Below, one piece after another: positions 1-8,475 of a stretch of 55,915 nt of DNA. The stretch spans positions 1 to 55,915 of the forward strand of contig JADHMR010000005.1 of assembly GCA_016779945.1 (NCBI GenBank). Reading direction: 5' to 3'. The position numbers and the translations under genes are program-made. Each line of letters begins with the position of its first letter. Within the stretch, counting starts at the first letter, position 1. Source of the stretch: Bacteroidia bacterium. GTDB taxonomy: Bacteria; Bacteroidota; Bacteroidia; NS11-12g; UBA9320. The notes under the pieces were generated by a model, which did no database searches, was not told where the DNA came from, and saw only the letters and a list, made by a program, of their open reading frames with translations.

Positions 1-2
1 AT

Positions 3-887
3 GATATAGCCTTATTTGGAAGTGCTGAAAAACAATTCACCTCTTTTTTATTGATGAGGGCTGGACTGAGATATGCCTATAATTCAGCTTTTGAAGCTCC
101 GTTGTTATATTCTTTACAAACCAAATTGAATTTAGGTAAATCTCAAATCTTTAAAATTGCATATGGTAGGGGATTTAGAGCACCATCTTTGAAAGAGTTG
201 TACCTAGATTTTAGTGATAGTAGACATGAAGTTTTTGGAAATTCATCGCTAACCTCGGAGTCCTCTCACTCGTTCACTGGAACTTACACCAAATATGCCA
301 AGCGTGGAAGTTTTGAGTCATCAACAAGTGTAGATGTTTTTTATAATGCTATCTCAAACAAAATTGAATTGATAGTTACTGGACCTATCCAAGCTCAATA
401 CGGAAACATAGGTATATACAAATCCGTAGGTGGAGGAGTTAGTCAAAATATATCATATGATAATTTTAAAGTTAATCTCTCATTTAATTATACGGGCATC
501 TATAATGGGGTAGATGTTTCTAAAAATGATTTCTTTTTCTCACCTCAATTAGCTATAAATCCAAGATATTCTTGGTCAAATATGCAAACAACGTTTAGTT
601 TATTTGTGAATCATTTTGGAGCAGTTAGTCGTGTGTTTTCAGATGAAGATAATTCTAATTTAAATATCCAAGAACAGGACGCCTACACTATGATAGATGG
701 TACAATTCATAAAATATGGGGTGGAAAACGTCTAAAAACAACGATAGGCGTACGTAATATTTTAAGTGTAGTAAATGTAAATGCCAATACAACAAGTGTG
801 GGTGCTCACACACCAAGTACATCCTTTATTTCTATTAGTCCAGGGAGGACCTATTTTATGACCATACGATATGAACTATTCAAATAA
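3..887 (+). CDS. TonB-dependent outer-membrane receptor, C-terminal part (5' truncated by window); likely HmuR-like heme receptor
   Basis: Frame is open from nt 3. Motifs YGRGFRAPSLKELY, GN..L..E.S, GVRNIL and a C-terminal GRTYFMTIRYELF beta-signal. Overlaps the downstream HmuY-like gene. Confidence 0.85.
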   Translation, partial: DIALFGSAEKQFTSFLLMRAGLRYAYNSAFEAPLLYSLQTKLNLGKSQIFKIAYGRGFRAPSLKELYLDFSDSRHEVFGNSSLTSESSHSFTGTYTKYAKRGSFESSTSVDVFYNAISNKIELIVTGPIQAQYGNIGIYKSVGGGVSQNISYDNFKVNLSFNYTGIYNGVDVSKNDFFFSPQLAINPRYSWSNMQTTFSLFVNHFGAVSRVFSDEDNSNLNIQEQDAYTMIDGTIHKIWGGKRLKTTIGVRNILSVVNVNANTTSVGAHTPSTSFISISPGRTYFMTIRYELFK

Positions 888-1791
888 AATTCTCTTATTT
901 TTTGTAATTACAATCGTTTCTTGTTTTCCGAAAGAAGAAAAAGTTGAACCAAGTCCAAGAATTTACCAGTCTGTTTCTGTTGATGCAGGTCCAACAAAAA
1001 ATGACGTACTATTTTATTCCCTAGATGCTGGCCGGATAGTAGCTAAAGCCAGTCCTATGGAATGGGATTTATACATTGATAACGAGGTAATTCGTATCAA
1101 TTATTTCAGAAGTATGAGTGTTGCCAAAACATCAAAAAACTGGGAAGAGATTAACGATACCTTAGGATTGTCATTTTCTTTTCTTACCGATCAGATTAGT
1201 GATACTTTATCTCAATGGGAATTATCTGAAAATCAAATTTATGTTTTAAATATGGGATTGGATAATGAGTATGAGCCATTGGGATTTATGGTATTCCAAG
1301 CGAGTAGAACCTCCGATGGTGTCATTTTAAAATATAGAGATTTAGTTGGAACAAATGAGTGGACTAATCAAATTTCTGAAGACTATTTTTATTATCACTT
1401 AAAAAATGAGCAACGTTTGAATTTACCTAATGATAAAGAATATGATATTGCATTGGGCAAATACACAGACTACATTACGGTAGATGATATTTCACAAGAT
1501 TACACAATCTATGGTGCTATCGTTGGAAATGCTTCGGCTTATCTCTTGGATGATGATTTTGAAACGATTAATGCAAATGATTTTGATGTAAATCAATTAT
1601 CAAATAGAAAGGATATAATTGGTTGGGATTGGAAACGTTTTAATCTTGAAAAAAATGCGTATGAAATTCTACCTAAGATGACCTATATGATTTCAACAAA
1701 TTCAGATTATTTGTGCAAACTCCGATTTGTTGACTACTTGAATGATCAAGGAATTTCAGGTCATCCTACTTTTGAGTACGAAATACTTTAG
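871..1791 (+). CDS. HmuY-family heme-binding lipoprotein
   Basis: Lipobox IVSC. WDL motif, IGWDWK, and C-terminal KLRFVDYLNDQGISGHPTFEY typical of HmuY. Adjacent to a TonB-dependent receptor. Confidence 0.8.
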   Translation: MNYSNKILLFFVITIVSCFPKEEKVEPSPRIYQSVSVDAGPTKNDVLFYSLDAGRIVAKASPMEWDLYIDNEVIRINYFRSMSVAKTSKNWEEINDTLGLSFSFLTDQISDTLSQWELSENQIYVLNMGLDNEYEPLGFMVFQASRTSDGVILKYRDLVGTNEWTNQISEDYFYYHLKNEQRLNLPNDKEYDIALGKYTDYITVDDISQDYTIYGAIVGNASAYLLDDDFETINANDFDVNQLSNRKDIIGWDWKRFNLEKNAYEILPKMTYMISTNSDYLCKLRFVDYLNDQGISGHPTFEYEIL

Positions 1792-1898
1792 TCACTTTTT
1801 AGTGATAATGTAAAAGTATTGTCAGAATATTTCAATGGTTTTGCCTTTTGGCTGACTATGACTAAAGTTGCAATGAATTAACTCTAAATACTCTAAAT

Positions 1899-2684
1899 AT
1901 GAAAAAATTTATTCAGCAAATTGCTATATTCTCTATTCTATCACTTACTATCCTGAATATTTTTGGATGCAAAGATGATGACGTCACGCCCAACAACTCA
2001 GGAACTGTAGATACAGCATTTGTAGCTACAATTACGTTTCTCTCTTTGGATAGTGTAGTGATCACTGCCGATCACTATCATACTAACAATGCTAATCCTA
2101 TTATAGTACTATGTCATCAGGCAGGTTGGAGTAGGGGAGAGTATCTTGAAATTGCTCCTCAGTTAAATGAATTAGGATATAATGTGCTTGCAATTGATCA
2201 AAGGTCTGGACAAGCCATTAATGGAGTTACAAATAAAACTGTTGGGTCAGCAGTAACTATGGGCAAAAATTACCAATTTATTGACGTAAAACTCGATATA
2301 AATGCAGCTTTAGATTGGTCAAAAAATAGATACAATAGAAATGTAATTTTGTGGGGTAGTTCATATTCTGCTAGTCTTTCTCTTATGATTGCAGCTGAGC
2401 GAGACGACATTGATAAAGTAATAGCATTTAGTCCAGGCGAGCATATACCTGGCGTTAGTGTGCAAGGAAATATTTCAGGGATTAAAGCACCGGCATTTTT
2501 AACTTCATCCAAACAAGAACGAATTCAAACTGAAAAATTATTTGATGTCATTTCAAATTCAGACTATAGAAAACAATATGTGCCTAAATGGGGTGAAGGA
2601 CAACATGGTAGTCGAAATCTTTGGTCTAGTACACCAAACAATGAAGAGTATTGGACTGCTGTCAAGAACTTTTTAAATTATTAA
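1899..2684 (+). CDS. Alpha/beta-hydrolase lipoprotein (dienelactone hydrolase-like)
   Basis: Lipobox IFGC. HQAGWSRGEY, LAIDQRSG, nucleophile elbow WGSSYSA, C-terminal HGS. Confidence 0.75.
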   Translation: MKKFIQQIAIFSILSLTILNIFGCKDDDVTPNNSGTVDTAFVATITFLSLDSVVITADHYHTNNANPIIVLCHQAGWSRGEYLEIAPQLNELGYNVLAIDQRSGQAINGVTNKTVGSAVTMGKNYQFIDVKLDINAALDWSKNRYNRNVILWGSSYSASLSLMIAAERDDIDKVIAFSPGEHIPGVSVQGNISGIKAPAFLTSSKQERIQTEKLFDVISNSDYRKQYVPKWGEGQHGSRNLWSSTPNNEEYWTAVKNFLNY

Positions 2685-2772
2685 AATAAGCTTATTTTAA
2701 AATGTCATTTTTAGATATGCTTTTTTTGACTTTTAGCATCATCTTTAGATGAATATTGATTAATATTGAACA

Positions 2773-3874
2773 ATGAAAATTTATGGATTAATTGGTGTTT
2801 GTATACTTGTTTGGGGCTGCACAAAACAGGGTAGCCAGAATACAGAAGGAGAATAATCCCCAAAAAATTACTGAAGATACACTCGTCTATGAAGGCGAAA
2901 AACACCTCAAAAATATTCGACAACTTACATTTGGAGGTGACAATGCTGAGGCCTATTTCAGTTTTGATGGCTCAAAGCTTGTTTTTCAAGCAAAAAACCC
3001 AGCGTGGAATGCACCTTGTGATCAAATATATGTTACTCGTACCAATCAATCGTGGAAAGATTCAATTCCACCTCTAGTTAGTACAGGTAATGGAAGAACT
3101 ACCTGCAGTTACTTCATGCCTGGTGATTCTACCATAATTTATGCAAGCACTCATGAAGGAAATATAAATTGCCCTCCAGACCCTCCACGAGGAGCTAAAT
3201 ATGTCTGGCCTATTTATAGTGATTTTGAAATATATTCAGCTGATTTAGAAGGCAATATTATCCAAAAATTAACGGATCGAGAAGGCTATGATGCCGAAGC
3301 GACCGTTTCACCATCAGGAGATAAAATTGTATTTATAAGTACTCGCTCAGGTGATTTAGAATTATACACGATGAATATTGATGGGTCAGACATACGACAA
3401 GTAACCAACGAGTTGGGTTATGATGGTGGAGCTTTTTTCTCACCCGATGGCACTAAATTGATTTTTAGATCATCTCGTCCAAAGACGGAAAAGGAAATTA
3501 AAGAATATAAAGATTTATTGGCTCAAAACTTGGTTCAACCAATTAATATGGAGCTTTATGTCTGTAATGTAGACGGTTCAGATTTAAAAAAAATTACAGA
3601 CCTAGGAAGTGCAAATTGGGCTCCTTTTTTTCATCCAAGTGGTCAAAAAATTATCTTTTGTAGCAACCACCATAGCTTAAAGGGTGGGAGGCCCCAATTT
3701 AATTTATTTATGATTAATTTAGATGGAACAGGTTTGGAGCAAATCACATTTGATGGTGTATTTGATAGTTTCCCTATGTTCTCGCCAGATGAAACTCAAT
3801 TGGTTTTTTCCAGTAACCGAAATAATGGAGGTACACGAGAAACCAATCTATTTATTGCTGATTGGGTAGAATAA
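2773..3874 (+). CDS. TolB-like PD40/WD40 beta-propeller lipoprotein (apparent frameshift near 2848)
   Basis: Repeats FSFDGSKLVF, VSPSGDKIVF, FSPDGTKLIF, FHPSGQKIIF and FSPDETQLVF in ORF 2792-3874. The signal peptide MKIYGLIGVCILVWGC starts at ATG 2773 in another frame and stops at 2856. Confidence 0.75.
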
Positions 3875-4378
3875 CTACTTCATTAATTTCGACCTGTAAA
3901 CGGAATCTTGAATGTGAATTACTTTTTTAACCTCATTCATATTTTCGTTAGGTATTGCCAGTGATAAAACGTATTGCTTGAGTTTCCATTCCTGATTTTT
4001 AAATACTAAAATGCCAGAACCTCTGCAAGTACCCATATGTGTTTCCAAAATTTCATAAAACCAAGCTGTATTATTACCATTAATTGTTAACGCTCGGTCA
4101 AGTGATTTAAAATTCCAGGTTCTCTTTTGTTCAAAATAAGGTTTACAGAACGATCTAAATTCATCTTTACTCCATTTTTCAGTTGCATCAGTTCCGATGT
4201 AAATGCAGTCATGATCCATAAAATCTACGTATTCTTTTAGGTTTGCTGACGCAGCATTTTGATGCCATTGATTTATTAGTTGATTAATGGTATGTTTTTG
4301 ATGGACTAATTTTTCATTTTGGGGTGTATTTGAACATCCCCACGACACCAACATAAATAAAAATATGGAATATTTCAT
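3875..4378 (-). CDS. SnoaL/NTF2-like lipoprotein
   Basis: Likely start MKYSIFLFMLVSWGC (lipobox). YIGTDATEKW, AWFYE, CRGSGIL and WKLKQYVLS fit the SnoaL_3-type fold. Confidence 0.75.
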   Translation of the reverse strand: MKYSIFLFMLVSWGCSNTPQNEKLVHQKHTINQLINQWHQNAASANLKEYVDFMDHDCIYIGTDATEKWSKDEFRSFCKPYFEQKRTWNFKSLDRALTINGNNTAWFYEILETHMGTCRGSGILVFKNQEWKLKQYVLSLAIPNENMNEVKKVIHIQDSVYRSKLMK

Positions 4379-4483
4379 AAGTGCAAAATACACTAGTTTA
4401 ATTAAAATTTACTTGAAGCATATTTTTCATCATAAATGATTAATATTTAGCCTATAATTGCCAAAGTAACTACTAATATTTGC

Positions 4484-5055
4484 ATGCAAGAATTACTTAA
4501 TTTTTTATCAAATCCATGGCCGTGGTATGTCTCTGGTCCTTTGATTGGTTTAATGATCCCAACTTTGTTATTAGTCATTAACAAAAATTTTGGTGTCTCA
4601 AGTTCATACAAACATATGTGTGCTGCTTTTGGCTTAAAAAAAATTAGTTTTTTTGATTATAACTGGAAGGATTATTCTTGGAGTTTATTTTTTGTATTGG
4701 GAATTTTCATAAGTGGTATCATAGTTGCGTTTTTCATACCCAATCCGAACAATATTGATCTATCAGAAAATTTCATTGTCTGGCTACAAGAACATGGTTT
4801 GAATAATGCCAATGGTTTTCTACCTCAGGAAATTTTTTGCTTTGAGCAATTAAGTTCGTTAAGAACATTAATCATTTTAATAGGGGGGGATTTTTAATTG
4901 GTTTTGGTTCAAGATACGCTGGAGGGTGTACTTCTGGGCACGCCATAATGGGGCTAAGTCAATTGAGTTTAGGTTCACTTATTGCAGTGATTGGTTTTTT
5001 CATAGGAGGTCTAATTGTTAGTTGGTTTATTTTACCTTTAGTTTTATCATTATGA
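4484..5055 (+). pseudogene. YeeE/YedE (TsuA-like) sulfur-compound transporter, frameshifted at a G7 tract
   Basis: N-terminal PWPWYVSGPLIG..FGVSSS. After G7 (4883-4889) the -1 frame continues FLIGFGSRYAGGCTSGHAIMGLSQLS... to TGA 5055. One extra G restores the gene. Confidence 0.85.
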
Positions 5056-5465
5056 GAAGTATAAAAGCATTATCTATCGGATTATTATTTGGAATTATTT
5101 TGATCAAATCTGAGGCTGTATATTGGTTTAGAATACAAGAGATGTTTCATTTTGAAAGTTTCCATATGTATGGTATAATCGGTAGTGCCGTTTTAACAGG
5201 TGCAATTTCATTGATTGTTATAAAAAAGATGAATATCCGCTCATTTAACGGAGAAAAGATTGATCTTCAATCCAAACCTTTATCCATATATAGTAATTTT
5301 ATAGGGGGTATTCTATTTGGTTTTGGATGGGCATTATTAGGAGCTTGTCCTGGCCCTCTTTATGGATTACTTGGACTTGGTTATAGTGTAATAATCATTC
5401 CTATTTGTTCTGCAATACTCGGCGTTATTTGTTATGCTTTGTTAAAAGGTAAATTGCCAAATTAG
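5052..5465 (+). CDS. YeeE/YedE family membrane protein (second half-transporter)
   Basis: WFRIQEMFHFESFHMYGIIGSA and GGILFGFGWALLGACPGP. ATG 5052 overlaps the repaired upstream stop (ATGA). Confidence 0.85.
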   Translation: MRSIKALSIGLLFGIILIKSEAVYWFRIQEMFHFESFHMYGIIGSAVLTGAISLIVIKKMNIRSFNGEKIDLQSKPLSIYSNFIGGILFGFGWALLGACPGPLYGLLGLGYSVIIIPICSAILGVICYALLKGKLPN

Positions 5466-5516
5466 TGGAAGACTACCTTTATAAAGGCTTAGATTTCAAA
5501 TAAATAATTGAAATTT

Positions 5517-6641
5517 TTAAATTAAACTTTTAAGCTTGTTTATAGCGTAGTCAACCTCTTTTTTGGTAGTATATTTACTAAACGAGAATCGAACTACTGA
5601 ACGGTTATCGGGATGTTTAATCCCTTTTAGCACATGACTAGATCCGATTGCACCGCTATTGCATGCAGAGCCACCACTCACATATACGCCATTAATATCA
5701 AGTTGAAAAAGTAGAGTTGATGATTTTTCAGAGGGCGGTAGTGACACGTTCAGTACAGTGTAAAGTCCTCCTTCAGGAGTAATATCTCCATTGAAACATG
5801 TACCAACAATTTTTTCTTCTAACTGATTAATGAAGTAAGTTTTAATAGCTTGCACGGATCTAATTTTGTCTTGTATCCCATTATTAGCAATCTCCAAAGC
5901 TTTAGCAAGTCCTACTATTCCTGTAACATTTTCTGTTCCTGCTCGCATTGAACTTTCTTGTCCACCACCAGTTACTATAGGTCTAATTTTGAGTGATTTA
6001 TTTTTATACATAAAGCCTACACCCTTGGGTCCATGAAATTTATGTGCAGAGCAAGTTATGAAGTCCACATCCCAATTGGATAAATCTATAGGATAATGAC
6101 CGATAGTTTGAACGGTATCGCTATGGAAGTAACATTGGTTTTCTCGAGCTATTTTACTGATTGCCTTCACATCGTTCAATGAACCAATTTCATTATTGGC
6201 ATGCATTAAGCTAATTAGGCTTCCAGGGTGTTTTTTAGTAAGTACTTCGAGGTCTTTTAGGTCCGCTTTACCATAAATATCAAGCTTTACATAACTAACG
6301 TTTAATGATTCTTTACTTTCAAGAGATTTGGCCGTATCTAATACAGCTTTATGTTCTATTTCGCTAGTAATGATGTGGGTAACCCCTAAATCATTGACAG
6401 CACATCGAAGAGCCATATTATCTGCTTCAGTACCACTTCCAGTAAATATAATTTCAGAACTATTGCAACGAAGCATTTTTGCTATATTTTTTCGTGCCAA
6501 TTCAACGGCAGCTTTAGCTTGCCTTCCTTTGCTGTGAATTGCAGAGGGGTTTCCAAAGATGTTTCTCATAGTATCGGCCATTTCGTCAATGACCTGAGTA
6601 TCCATAATTGTAGTTGCTGCGTTATCGAAATAGACTTGCAT
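5517..6641 (-). CDS. iscS: Cysteine desulfurase (IscS/NifS family)
   Basis: YFDNAATT, SAHKFHGPKG (PLP Lys), RAGTEN, SGGSACNSG (catalytic Cys). Confidence 0.9.
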   Translation of the reverse strand: MQVYFDNAATTIMDTQVIDEMADTMRNIFGNPSAIHSKGRQAKAAVELARKNIAKMLRCNSSEIIFTGSGTEADNMALRCAVNDLGVTHIITSEIEHKAVLDTAKSLESKESLNVSYVKLDIYGKADLKDLEVLTKKHPGSLISLMHANNEIGSLNDVKAISKIARENQCYFHSDTVQTIGHYPIDLSNWDVDFITCSAHKFHGPKGVGFMYKNKSLKIRPIVTGGGQESSMRAGTENVTGIVGLAKALEIANNGIQDKIRSVQAIKTYFINQLEEKIVGTCFNGDITPEGGLYTVLNVSLPPSEKSSTLLFQLDINGVYVSGGSACNSGAIGSSHVLKGIKHPDNRSVVRFSFSKYTTKKEVDYAINKLKSLI

Positions 6642-6672
6642 TACAATTGCAAATAAACAAATTTTAAAATAA

Positions 6673-7548
6673 TCATATGTATTTGTAGCCTATTAATTTG
6701 TAGCAGAGTTGAGCCATAGCGTAGGCAGTCGTATCATCGTTAGAGGGAGGATTTAACTCAACAATATCAAAACCTTTAACATCGCATTTTTCGAATACTT
6801 TTTTAAGAAATTTTAGGGTTGGATACCATTGTAGTCCTCCAGGTTCTGGAGTACCCACACTTGGGCAAACGCTAGGGTCAAAAGCATCTGTATCAATAGT
6901 GATGTAAAGATTTTTAGGGAGTTTCTCTATTACTTGGTCCATCCATTGGTCATTGTCCCAGATTTGGTGATTATACCATGTGTGAATATTTGGAGAATTG
7001 TTAATTAAATCTCGTTCTTCTGAGCACTGTGCTCGTATCCCAACTTGGAAAATTTCAGGGTTTAGTTCATGTATCCTTGCCATTACGCATGCGTGCGACC
7101 ATCGGTTGTCCTCATATTCATCTCTCAAATCACTATGTGCATCCAATTGAAGAATTCCGATATCGTTCCATTTTTGTTGAAAAGCCTTAAAAATTCCATA
7201 TGTCACCGTATGCTCTGCACCTAAGCTGACTAATAACTTTTTTGCATCCAAATGCTTTGCTGTTTCAGCTTGGATGTAATCCATGGCTTTTTCATTAATT
7301 CTATTATTGAAATCTAAGGGTTTAGTGCATGCAATTCCACATTTTTTGTAGGATTCAGTATTGAGTTCAATGTCATAATATTCTACAAAATGAGAATTTT
7401 GAATAATAGCACTCGGTCCATTTGAAGAACCTTTTTTAAACGATGATGTGTGTTCGTATGGAAGCTGCTGAATAATGCATGATGATGATTCATAATCAAA
7501 CCATTTAGGGTCTGTAATGCCAAGAAAATTCGGTTTGTTGTCAACCAT
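6673..7548 (-). CDS. speB: Agmatinase (ureohydrolase family)
   Basis: GAEHTVT, LDAHSDLRD, IDTDAFDPS..PSVGTPEPGGL, DIVELNP. Confidence 0.85.
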   Translation of the reverse strand: MVDNKPNFLGITDPKWFDYESSSCIIQQLPYEHTSSFKKGSSNGPSAIIQNSHFVEYYDIELNTESYKKCGIACTKPLDFNNRINEKAMDYIQAETAKHLDAKKLLVSLGAEHTVTYGIFKAFQQKWNDIGILQLDAHSDLRDEYEDNRWSHACVMARIHELNPEIFQVGIRAQCSEERDLINNSPNIHTWYNHQIWDNDQWMDQVIEKLPKNLYITIDTDAFDPSVCPSVGTPEPGGLQWYPTLKFLKKVFEKCDVKGFDIVELNPPSNDDTTAYAMAQLCYKLIGYKYI

Positions 7549-7567
7549 TAGTAGTAAATTATGAGCA

Positions 7568-8128
7568 TTATTTTGCTCGTTCTACATATTCACCTGTACG
7601 GGTATCTACCTTTATTTTTTCGCCAGATTCTACAAATAATGGTACATTAACTACTGCTCCAGTTTCGAGTGTAGCTGGTTTAAGTGGATTATTTGCGGTA
7701 TCTCCTTTTACTCCTGGTTCGCTATATGTGATTTCGAGAACTACATGATTGGGTGCATCGGCCATGATTGGATTTCCATCATCAAAATATACGTTAAGTA
7801 TCATCTCTTCTTTGATAAATTTCATTTGGTCACCCAACATAGATTCAGCAACAGCAACCTGCTCATAAGTTTCGGTATTCATTAGCATAAGATTTGTACC
7901 ATCTTTATAAAGATACTGCATCTCAATTTGGTCTATTCGAACGTCGTCGATGGTTTCTCCACTTCTGAATCGATTTTCGATGGACTTGCCGGTGATTGCA
8001 TTTTTCATTTTTACTTGATAAAATGCACCGCCTTTTCCTGGCATGGTGTGCTGATAGTCGATAACTTGACAAAGTTGTCCATTGTATCTCAAAAACATTC
8101 CGCGGGATAAATCTTGTGTTGTTGCCAT
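7568..8128 (-). CDS. efp: Translation elongation factor P
   Basis: PGKG loop (Lys32), MQYLY, PGVKGDTA, KPATLETGAVVNVPLF, IKVDTRTGEYVER. Confidence 0.95.
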   Translation of the reverse strand: MATTQDLSRGMFLRYNGQLCQVIDYQHTMPGKGGAFYQVKMKNAITGKSIENRFRSGETIDDVRIDQIEMQYLYKDGTNLMLMNTETYEQVAVAESMLGDQMKFIKEEMILNVYFDDGNPIMADAPNHVVLEITYSEPGVKGDTANNPLKPATLETGAVVNVPLFVESGEKIKVDTRTGEYVERAK

Positions 8129-8211
8129 AAGGTTCGCAAATATATCATATCGTAATTATTTAATGTTTATATGTTGTTTGCTTGGTAATGAAAATTACTC
8201 CTATTTTTGAA

Positions 8212-8361
8212 GTAGCAAAAAGTTAAGGGAAACGAAGTGAAAACCTTCTACTGTACCCGCAGCTGTGATGTTCTTATGATTTTGCTTATCTATTTCCACT
8301 GTTCAAATATGAATGGGAAGGGCAGCATAATCAGAACTTAGTCAGAAGACCTGCTTGTTGC
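8212..8361 (+). ncRNA. Cobalamin (B12) riboswitch
   Basis: AAGGGAA (8225), GTGAAA, CTGTACCCGCAGCTGTGA (8251-8268), CCACTG (8296), GGGAAGG (8315), B12 box AGTCAGAAGACCTGC (8340-8354). P1 GTAGCAA/TTGTTGC. Promoter TATTTTTG at 8202-8209. Sits upstream of a TonB-dependent receptor. Confidence 0.93.
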
Positions 8362-8475
8362 GACGTTACTATTAATGCTTTCGGGATGAAAAGCTATAGG
8401 AGCCAGACGAACTATCAGGTCTTTTATATATTTTATTCTCATAGGTATTTATTTTTTAAATTAAAATTAAAACCC

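Noticed and set aside
1881-1898. ACTCTAAAT x2 before the hydrolase start
   Set aside because: Only two AT-rich copies, with no other support.
4890-4900. Programmed ribosomal frameshift or selenocysteine readthrough in YeeE
   Set aside because: The stop is TAA, no stimulatory structure is evident, and a single homopolymer indel explains it more simply.
4484-6641. YeeE pair next to cysteine desulfurase as a single sulfur operon
   Set aside because: The genes are convergent on opposite strands, so the linkage may be coincidental.
8386-8475. Upstream ATG extension of btuB
   Set aside because: It lies in the riboswitch expression platform and is low-complexity. The signal peptide begins at ATG 8476.
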